A stretch of 24,000 nucleotides of DNA from Desulfurococcales archaeon. GTDB taxonomy: Archaea > Thermoproteota > Thermoprotei_A > Sulfolobales > Acidilobaceae. Every line of letters begins with the position of its first letter. Position 1 is the first letter of the stretch. Both the position numbers and the translations under genes were made by a program. The DNA lies in NCBI GenBank assembly GCA_015521705.1, contig WANR01000001.1, positions 1-24,000 of the forward strand. Reading direction: 5' to 3'. The notes under the pieces were generated by a model that saw nothing but the letters and a program-made list of their open reading frames with translations, had not been told where the DNA came from and made no database searches. Of this stretch, positions 16,553 to 22,940 are shown piece after piece.

Positions 16553-16803
16553 CCCCGACCACCATGCCTACCACCCATGGCTATGGCTGAGACGATTAGC
16601 AGGTGAACCCCAACCACTATCGCCACTAACGCTATAGCGTAGACTCCCAGGTCTTGCCACCTTTCTAGCGGCCACGGGCCTCTTGGAGAGAAAAAGCCGA
16701 GTAGGTAGAGGCCCGTGGCCGCTAGGGCGGCCCCTTGAAATACTATTATTAATATTTTATATAAAAAAACATTTGATTTATATTTAGGGTTTCCTGGCTC
16801 CAT
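16549..16803 (-). CDS. Small membrane protein (84 aa, two predicted TM helices) between arlB and arlX
   Basis: The hydrophobic helices are ILIIVFQGAALAATGLYLLGFF and VYAIALVAIVVGVHLLIVSAIAM. The 5' third of the ORF is an AT-only tract that looks like terminator plus promoter, so the true extent is doubtful. Confidence 0.4.
   Translation of the reverse strand: MEPGNPKYKSNVFLYKILIIVFQGAALAATGLYLLGFFSPRGPWPLERWQDLGVYAIALVAIVVGVHLLIVSAIAMGGRHGGRG
16746..16769 (-). promoter_or_regulatory. Oligo-T tract (T7 on the minus strand, 16763-16769) followed by the TATA-like TTTATATAAAATATTAA: candidate arlB terminator plus internal arlX promoter
   Basis: Read directly. The tract lies 45 nt downstream of the arlB stop. 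Archaeal intrinsic termination uses oligo-T, and TATA boxes are A/T octamers. Confidence 0.35.
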
Positions 16804-16813
16804 TCCCTACCCC

Positions 16814-17467
16814 TTAGCTCATGTCCACCGCTCCATCTGTGGGTAACGATGCTGGCACTATCCTTTCAACAGTCAGAGGGGCTCCGTCAGCTACTCTCAG
16901 TTCTACAGAGATCTTAGTGTAGGAGCCGTATCCTGCGTTCAGCTCTACAGCAAGTACTGCTTTCTCGCCGAATTCTAGAACGTTGTCGTTGTCTCCCTTG
17001 AGCACTATTATCTTAGCCTCGGGCTTTGTAGTATTGCTTGGGGACCCTGTTGTTAGCTTGCTCAGTATCGTGCTTAGGTCAGCAGTTATAGCGCTGGTTA
17101 GCGACGTGTCTATACCCGTGTATATGTTTTCGTAGGCCACGCTACTACCATCTGGCTGTGTCACTATTAGCCTCACGGATGTCCTGTCTACAGATAGATC
17201 CACGCCTTCTCTTCCCGGGGCAACCTTTAGCGGCACAATTATCGCGTCGACAGTGCTACTAGTCACGTTACCCGTCACTGAGCCGTCGATCTCCAATGCT
17301 GTAGATGCCTGAGCTAGCCCTCTCCCAATGGTTTCTTTGCTCTTCTGTGTTGTGAACATCCCCATGTTCAGGGCTACGAATGCCAGCGCCGCGGCTACTA
17401 TGACGAACGCTATCATTACTATCGCTGCTTCTATGCCCACGATACCCTTTCTTTTCTTCCTAGCCAC
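16814..17467 (-). CDS. arlB: Archaellin ArlB (FlaB) with class III (type IV pilin-like) signal peptide
   Basis: RKKRKG/IVGIEAAIVMIAFVIVAAALAFVAL is a typical archaellin N-terminus. The C-terminal domain is beta-rich with N-x-S/T sequons. The track ORF starts at ATG 17509. GTG 17467 is preceded by GGGGGTGA and gives a short signal peptide, MARKKRKG. Confidence 0.9.
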   Translation of the reverse strand: MARKKRKGIVGIEAAIVMIAFVIVAAALAFVALNMGMFTTQKSKETIGRGLAQASTALEIDGSVTGNVTSSTVDAIIVPLKVAPGREGVDLSVDRTSVRLIVTQPDGSSVAYENIYTGIDTSLTSAITADLSTILSKLTTGSPSNTTKPEAKIIVLKGDNDNVLEFGEKAVLAVELNAGYGSYTKISVELRVADGAPLTVERIVPASLPTDGAVDMS

Positions 17468-17688
17468 TCTCTCACCCCCTGCTGGGGGTCGGTTTCTGGC
17501 TTCTGGCATTCGAGGGTCTAATTAAGCCCCTAATGGCGGCGACCGCTAGCCGAAAACATCCCCGAGGCGGCTCGATTGTTGGTAGAGGACAGTCTATGAG
17601 CCGTCTACTCTCTGCGCCCCGTGATCGCCGCGGATAGTGGCAACAAATTATCTTCAGAAAGCCTCAAAAGAAGAACAGGTGGGATTAC

Positions 17689-18043
17689 GTGGGGAATAAT
17701 AATAACTATAGCAACGCGATAAATAACAGACTCCTGGAACCGCTAGTTGACGGCGCCCTGGTCAAAGGCGTATACGTCGTCAAACTAGAGGAAGGACTAA
17801 TATCCTGGTGGCCTCCAAAGCTAGATAATGAAATAAAAACTCTCATAGCCAACATCTCCGTTCCCATGATAAACGGGCTGTACTTTGTCGTGGGCAACGG
17901 GTTTTTTCCTGAAATACAAGTATGTGGGCGTCATAATTTCGAGAACAATACTACTGTTCAGAATAGAGAAGAGAGCCAACGGGGATCTCATAGGCGCGAG
18001 GCTTGGCAGAATCATTCTAAAGATAACAATGAAGAAGCGATAG
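17689..18043 (+). pseudogene. Small gene (possibly roadblock/LC7-like) apparently interrupted by a 1-nt frame shift in a T6 run
   Basis: Frame A (17689-17907) reads ...LLEPLVDGALVKGVYVVKLEEGLISWWPPKLDNEIKTLIANISVPMINGLYFVVGNGFF. After TTTTTT (17902-17907), the +1 frame reads LKYKYVGVIISRTILLFRIEKRANGDLIGARLGRIILKITMKKR* (stop at 18041-18043). Frame A itself becomes low-complexity (RHNFENNTTVQNREESQRGSHRRE...). Confidence 0.35.
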
Positions 18044-18163
18044 AAAAGCCTCTACTACGGGCCTTGTACCTGGCCTCTTCCAGTTACACGAGTAGGCCAT
18101 ATATAAACCCCGCTTTTCCGGGTACCTACACAGCCAGCTTAATGAGAATCATGCCCAGGTGAC

Positions 18164-18171
18164 TATATATA
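18164..18171 (+). promoter_or_regulatory. TATA box (TATATATA) for the ArnR-like gene, implying a leaderless or near-leaderless mRNA
   Basis: The centre lies ~23 nt upstream of ATG 18190, the usual TATA-to-TSS distance in archaea. Confidence 0.5.
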
Positions 18172-18189
18172 GTTGGTTGAAACGGTGCA

Positions 18190-19062
18190 ATGACAATGAT
18201 AGATCAGAGGAGCCCCCACAGCCTCGACAGGGCCAGGCTAGACCTGCTGCGAAAGCTCGACAGCATAATAGACTTCTCCAAATCTACCATACAGCTTCAA
18301 ATAGTCCTGGCTCTAGCCTTAAACGGCGACAAGTTGTCGACCTCAAAACTCTCACGAATAGTAGGCGAGAGGCGCAAAGCCGTGCTAGACGCTCTTAGGA
18401 AGCTAGAGTACAAAGGTCTCATAAGAAGGGTCAACAACGTGAATTCGAGCGAGATAGTATACGAGCTAACGGATCTGGGGAAAGCTTTCACTAAAGGGCT
18501 CGTGAAACTCCTTAATAGTAGCACCGGAAACACCCATGCATACAACCTATTAGGAGACGAACTAACAGTCAGCCAGAGAATAACCCTGAGATCGAGACTA
18601 GTAGAAGCTGGCTACGCGTACAAGGCTCTCGTAGCCCTTTCACTAGCTCCAAGACACTCGCTGCCCGCAAGAATTCTCTCAAAGTCTCTCGGCATAAGCA
18701 CTGAAAGGCTCATAAGCTACATGGACCTATTCACGACGCCGCCGCAGAGAATCTTCAAAAAAGTCCTGAAACCAGACGGCACAATAATCTATAGGCTAGA
18801 CACTGAAGGCGTCAAGCTACTGGCTAGAATCTCTGAGTCTAAGAAGCTTAGAAGCAAGAAATTAGCCGTAGCCATAGCAAAAGCCTTCGATGCTTATTCG
18901 CAACCTAAAATAATAACTCTAGTGTCTAGCGTCTTATTCTTAGCTAACTCGCTCGTATTACTAATAGTGACCTATCTGGAGTACCCATACATAGGGTTAG
19001 TAGGGTCGCTCCTAGCAGCGCTCTCAGCAGCCTTCATTCTAACCTATTGGTGGAGAGAATAG
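18190..19062 (+). CDS. arnR: Membrane-anchored transcription regulator with two winged-helix domains and two C-terminal TM helices (ArnR-like archaellum regulator)
   Basis: wHTH 1 is IVLALALNGDKLSTSKLSRIVGERRKAVLDALRKLEYKGLIRR...YELTDLG. wHTH 2 is ALVALSLAPRHSLPARILSKSLGISTERLISYMD...YRLDTEGVKLL. The TM helices are IITLVSSVLFLANSLVLLIVTYL and IGLVGSLLAALSAAFILTYWW. It lies divergent to arlB. Confidence 0.6.
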   Translation: MTMIDQRSPHSLDRARLDLLRKLDSIIDFSKSTIQLQIVLALALNGDKLSTSKLSRIVGERRKAVLDALRKLEYKGLIRRVNNVNSSEIVYELTDLGKAFTKGLVKLLNSSTGNTHAYNLLGDELTVSQRITLRSRLVEAGYAYKALVALSLAPRHSLPARILSKSLGISTERLISYMDLFTTPPQRIFKKVLKPDGTIIYRLDTEGVKLLARISESKKLRSKKLAVAIAKAFDAYSQPKIITLVSSVLFLANSLVLLIVTYLEYPYIGLVGSLLAALSAAFILTYWWRE

Positions 19063-19169
19063 CAAAGATGAACTCCCAGCCACCTGCCCAACATTCCTGG
19101 CAAGACTTACAAACCAGAAGAATAATATTACCTATAAACAAACTATATTATTAAAACGTTCCTGGAAAT

Positions 19170-19186
19170 GCAGGGCAAAACCCTGC
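19170..19186 (-). terminator. Hairpin GCAGGG-CAAAA-CCCTGC abutting the stop codon of the Sm gene
   Basis: A 6 bp perfect stem read directly. It sits in the convergent gap between the arnR-like and Sm genes. The function is inferred. Confidence 0.25.
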
Positions 19187-19456
19187 CTATTCTTGTCGGG
19201 TTTCAAGAGCCATATCTGGGTTAAAGCTTATGTACTGGATCATGCTACCTCTTATCAGCACCTTACCCACTTTCGCGACAATGTCTTTTCCATCATTCTT
19301 CAGCTCCATAGCATCTTCTAAAATTAGATTCATTGTCCCGTCAGTAACTTTCAGGGTGCCCACGTACTCGCTTCCATCTTTTAATTTTACATAGATTTGG
19401 GTGTCTATAGCGTTTTTGAGATACCTCAAGGGGCTAATAGTGCCTGGCCTCACCAC
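19187..19456 (-). CDS. Sm-like archaeal protein (SmAP/LSm)
   Basis: Sm1 is IYVKLKDGSEYVGTLKVTDGTMNLILEDAME and Sm2 is KVLIRGSMIQYI. GTG start. Confidence 0.9.
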   Translation of the reverse strand: MVRPGTISPLRYLKNAIDTQIYVKLKDGSEYVGTLKVTDGTMNLILEDAMELKNDGKDIVAKVGKVLIRGSMIQYISFNPDMALETRQE

Positions 19457-20211
19457 GCTACATTACCTCTCTTTCATCCTAGCTACCACACTTTTCTATC
19501 ACACACGTTTGGAGATTTAAATGTTAATTGTTATCAGAATCTTGTTCTGAAAGAAAGGCGGAACCCGTAGCAGACACATGATGGGTTATTAAATAAATTT
19601 TAAAATAATTAAAACAATTAAATAAAATTATGCCAAGTTTCCAGGTTCTCTCCCCCGATTTCGAAGCTGGGGAAAAGAGGTCGTAGGCCTCCTCCCTACC
19701 TAGGTCTATACAAACCTGGGAAAAGCCCTTGCTACAAGCTGTGCCAACACAGTAGCAATGAGCGTCAATAGTTATCCGCGAATTTTAATGAAGCATCATA
19801 TACACTTGAGGGAGTGCAAGCTCAATAGAATACGAGCCTGGCGAGGGGAGAGAAGGCTGGGGCAACGTGTGAACCTGCCTTCGGCGAAGGAGGTTGAAAA
19901 AGCTGATGACAAGCTCCGACAACAGCCAGGGGTCGGAGGGGGCTGTCATTGGTTTATGAAAGCTTAGGCGGGATCCAAAAATAGTTCCAGGCTATAGTAG
20001 TGGGTGAGAGGACTGTTTTCAGTAGCCCCTTGCCCGCCGTTTTAAGGTAGAGTTTGCCCTTTATGAAACGAGTTTATAAGCTTAGCCTTGAGTGTATAGC
20101 GGGATAGAAATAAATATTTCCATTAAGCGATTCTCCCCTTGAGCTGGCTCGATAGCCTGGCAGCGTGGCTACTATATGTGTATGGGGTGAACGGCGTCGA
20201 ACCATCTGCTC

Positions 20212-20985
20212 GTGTTTCAGCGACTGTTTAAGCTCTTTGTCTCTGCTTTTATAGCATCTATACTAGTATTGCCCTTGTTAGTGGTTACAAAACTCTTGAA
20301 TGCAAGCTTGGGGCCTCTGGTCTTTTCCTTTATCTATCTAGGGCTTTTCACGGCTACATACCTATCTATAGGCAGGATCGCCAAGTACTTATTGAAGAGG
20401 TTCTATAACATCTCCTTCATTTCATTTGACGAGTACGGGTGGGTCGATGAAGACGCCTATAACGATGCCAGTGACGAGGAGAACCTATTTATGGTCTGGT
20501 CCTTAGTCAGAGCCCTCTACGGCCACTTATCCAGCAATGAGAAGAGAGACGTGGCCCTGCTGGTTCATGCAGAGGGTACCCCTATATCATCCTATCCGGT
20601 GGAGTGGGTTTTCGAGGATCTAAGCGAAGAGCCCGGCGAAGACTCTAGCGTTGAAGCATATATAAGTGAGAGCGGGGACCTGGTTGTCTGCCTGAGTCTA
20701 GACTACTTCAGAAAGCTCCTGATAATAGTCTCTAGGGGCGAGGGCGAGCTGGGAATAGTGGAGGGCATGGACGAGGCTAGAGCCTTATTCGACACCTCAC
20801 TAGCCATGGCCAGGGCGCTATACAGAGATCTGCAGAGAGATATGGCTCTCTATGTCGCCTATAAGGCGATAGTTAAGCTTGCTAAGAAGGGCTTGAAGGT
20901 TCCAGAGAGAATACTCGAAGACCTCATACCTATAGATAGGCATAAAAAGGCTATGATAATGGAACAGCTGAAAGAAGAGACATAG
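20212..20985 (+). CDS. Hypothetical membrane protein (two N-terminal TM helices, acidic cytoplasmic domain)
   Basis: GTG ORF with an in-frame stop at 20188. A TATA-like ACTATATG lies at ~20171-20178. No recognisable motif. Confidence 0.5.
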   Translation: MFQRLFKLFVSAFIASILVLPLLVVTKLLNASLGPLVFSFIYLGLFTATYLSIGRIAKYLLKRFYNISFISFDEYGWVDEDAYNDASDEENLFMVWSLVRALYGHLSSNEKRDVALLVHAEGTPISSYPVEWVFEDLSEEPGEDSSVEAYISESGDLVVCLSLDYFRKLLIIVSRGEGELGIVEGMDEARALFDTSLAMARALYRDLQRDMALYVAYKAIVKLAKKGLKVPERILEDLIPIDRHKKAMIMEQLKEET

Positions 20986-20991
20986 ACGATC

Positions 20992-21219
20992 TCAGCTGAC
21001 TTCAATACTAATTTCGTAATAGCCGTGGGCGCCCTTGTAGGCGGCCCTCCCTATACCCGAGAATTCTACGGCAGAAACTATTTTATCTACGCATTCCCAC
21101 TGATCAGTCAAAACGATCAGAGTGTCACCACTGGAAGCTAGTCTAAGCTCTCTGAGAGTCTTTATTAAGGGCTCAGGGCACTCGATACCTCTATAATCGA
21201 GAACCCTAGTCTTGCCCAT
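20992..21219 (-). CDS. tusA: TusA/SirA-family sulfur carrier protein
   Basis: VLDYRGIECPEPLIKTLRELRLASSGDTLIVLTD carries the canonical LD.RG..CP.P motif. ATG 21219 (MGKTRVLDY) is preferred over the track TTG at 21243. Confidence 0.8.
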   Translation of the reverse strand: MGKTRVLDYRGIECPEPLIKTLRELRLASSGDTLIVLTDQWECVDKIVSAVEFSGIGRAAYKGAHGYYEISIEVS

Positions 21220-21250
21220 CCCAGAATCCACCAAGGAAAGCAAGCCATCA

Positions 21251-22687
21251 TTACTCCCTTATCTTGAAGGCCTCCAGTATTCTTCGATCCCTGACGTAGT
21301 CCTTAAGTAGAGGCGGTGCCTCGACGTATGGCTCGCCCAGGCTTACGACCTCGCCTATAACGCTGGGCCTGTAACCTCTGCTTCTAAGCTCCCTGACTAT
21401 ATCCCTCTCTAGCTGCTCGGGCACCACGAGCACGAAAGCTCCATTAGTGCCTGAAGTCGCGTTGGGCATGAGAAACCTCGATGAAGCATACTTCGATAGC
21501 TCCGGGAATAGTAGTGGCAAGTCATGGAGCCTTATACCAGCCTTCATCTGCTCTGCCAGCTCCCTCACGACGTATATGCCTGGTCCTGTCACATCAGTTG
21601 TGGCTATAATATGTTCTCCTCTCTCGAACTTCTCGCCATAGTAGGGTAAGTGTTTTTCTATGACTTGGGCGGCCTCCTTGTTGGGCCTGGCTATCGTGTT
21701 AAATGCCTCATCCTTAGCCTTAGCTACTTGCTCGAAAGAGAGGCCCTCCCTTTCCAGGTCTTCTATAAATGCTTCGTCCATGATGGCTGCTAGGTAGACA
21801 TTAATCGGGGCTAGCTCCCCTATAGGTCTTGTGACTACAATCCTGGCCCCCTTCTCGGCTTGTTCGTAGAAGACCGGGGGATGCTTGCGGGTGAACGCTG
21901 TTACTGTGGCTCCTAGTAGCAGCCTTCCCTTTTCCGGCTGTGGTAGCTGGTAGAGGTGCGCGCCGATGGTTCTCGCATATCTCTCCACGTTAGCGGCTAT
22001 CCTCTCCTTGAGGTCATCGCTGGGAGCATTGACGACTGGGGCTATCGTAATATTGCTACTAGCCCCCAGCACGAATAGGTCGTTGAGGGAGTTGCTCAAC
22101 GCTCCTGAAACCTGCCTATAGTCTCCGGGGTCTTCCGTCGGGTCGATTATGTGTATAGTGTCGTTATTAGCCACCCTGTAGCCCTCAGCTCTCCCACTGG
22201 GTTTTATGAAGTCTATCAACATGAAGTCGTCGCCCTCGAAGGGAGTCACTATAGAGTGTCCCTTGCCAACGTAAAGCAGGGCACCCGAAGCTGCGAGGGC
22301 CTCGTAGACCCTTCCTATCCTAGAGAGGAAGTATTCTGGGTCGCCGGCGTACCTCTGATGCACCTGCACCAGGACTATAGCCCTGGACCCGGATAGCCCA
22401 GTTCTTACTGTTCCGAGGCGGCCTGCTTCGTCTCCTAGCCTGAATATCATCCTCTCAATACTAGGCGCCCCCTCTTCGTCTGGAAACACGTCTGCGTCTT
22501 CCCTAGGTGCTATGACAATGTTGGATCCAGCCAGTTTATCGCGTAGCTTCGAGAGAGCCGGGTAGACTACTCTGACAAGGTCCACTTTTACGGCGCAGCC
22601 AGTCGCTAGAGCTAGGGGGTTTACCCCCAGCTCCTTATAGTATTTGATCCTCTCGAGCACCTCTTCCCTACTTGTAACCACCGCCAC
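21251..22687 (-). CDS. Divergent SelD-like (selenophosphate synthetase-like) PurM-superfamily ATP-dependent enzyme
   Basis: ATGCAVKVDL compares with SelD GCGCKI (Cys17 and Lys20 equivalents). REDADVF compares with RDDAAVY. IIDPTEDPGDYRQVSGALSNSLNDLFVLGA compares with TTDFF.P.VD.P..FG.IAA.NA.SDI.AMGG. TTDVTGPGIYVVRELAEQ compares with TDVTGFGLLGHL.EM. At 478 aa it is larger than SelD (~340 aa). Confidence 0.65.
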   Translation of the reverse strand: MAVVTSREEVLERIKYYKELGVNPLALATGCAVKVDLVRVVYPALSKLRDKLAGSNIVIAPREDADVFPDEEGAPSIERMIFRLGDEAGRLGTVRTGLSGSRAIVLVQVHQRYAGDPEYFLSRIGRVYEALAASGALLYVGKGHSIVTPFEGDDFMLIDFIKPSGRAEGYRVANNDTIHIIDPTEDPGDYRQVSGALSNSLNDLFVLGASSNITIAPVVNAPSDDLKERIAANVERYARTIGAHLYQLPQPEKGRLLLGATVTAFTRKHPPVFYEQAEKGARIVVTRPIGELAPINVYLAAIMDEAFIEDLEREGLSFEQVAKAKDEAFNTIARPNKEAAQVIEKHLPYYGEKFERGEHIIATTDVTGPGIYVVRELAEQMKAGIRLHDLPLLFPELSKYASSRFLMPNATSGTNGAFVLVVPEQLERDIVRELRSRGYRPSVIGEVVSLGEPYVEAPPLLKDYVRDRRILEAFKIRE

Positions 22688-22940
22688 CAGCCCCCTTCTT
22701 TATAGTTATTCTCCAAAGGCCGGGCCCTATACTGACAGGACCCTCCACGGAGTATCCAGACTCCCTAGCCGCTCTAGGCACTGTCTCGCACGAAGGCGGA
22801 TTGTCTATTATGACTTCCAACACCTCCCCCTCTCTTATCCTGGCCAGCGCCTTCTTGGTAAAGATCACTGGATACGGGCAAGTATACCCGGTAACGTCGA
22901 GCACGTACACGCCCTCCCCCTTCTTGTACAGCTTAGCCAT
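22668..22940 (-). CDS. tusA: TusA/YeeD/YedF-like sulfur(selenium) carrier protein
   Basis: YVLDVTGYTCPYPVIFTKKALARIREGEVLEVIIDNP is canonical. The ATG overlaps the yeeE stop (ATGGCTAA). Confidence 0.85.
   Translation of the reverse strand: MAKLYKKGEGVYVLDVTGYTCPYPVIFTKKALARIREGEVLEVIIDNPPSCETVPRAARESGYSVEGPVSIGPGLWRITIKKGAGGGGYK

Noticed and set aside
17540-17640. Short palindromes upstream of arlB (GCGGcgaCCGC near 17546-17556; CCGCGG near 17628-17633) and repeated GTCTA pentamers, as regulator operators
   Set aside because: They are too short and too GC-simple to distinguish from chance without a known ArnR-box consensus or comparative data.
19904-19909. TGATGA (C-box-like) as the start of a C/D box sRNA
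   Set aside because: No CTGA D or D' boxes occur at the expected 12 nt guide spacing downstream, and there is no terminal stem.
19758-19967. 69 aa ORF in the long intergenic region (MSVNSYPRILMKHHIHLRECKLNRIRAWRGERRLGQRVN...)
   Set aside because: It is very basic and low-complexity, with no SD or TATA at a sensible distance. It coincides with strong RNA-type hairpins. A 59 aa antisense ORF (about 19772-19951) is equally unconvincing.
19967-20038. A 72 nt nested hairpin as a possible tRNA
   Set aside because: It has no D-arm or T-arm (GTTCRANYC) consensus and no cloverleaf. It folds as a single long imperfect hairpin.
19640-20040. RNase P RNA or SRP (7S) RNA in the long intergenic region
   Set aside because: GGGAAAAGCCC (19718-19728) only loosely resembles the RNase P CR-I motif GGAAAGUCC. 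I found no ACAGAA..GGCUUA (CR-V) partner able to form P4. I also found no SRP helix-8 GNAR tetraloop flanked by the AGCA-type loop motif. The identity is left open rather than assigned.
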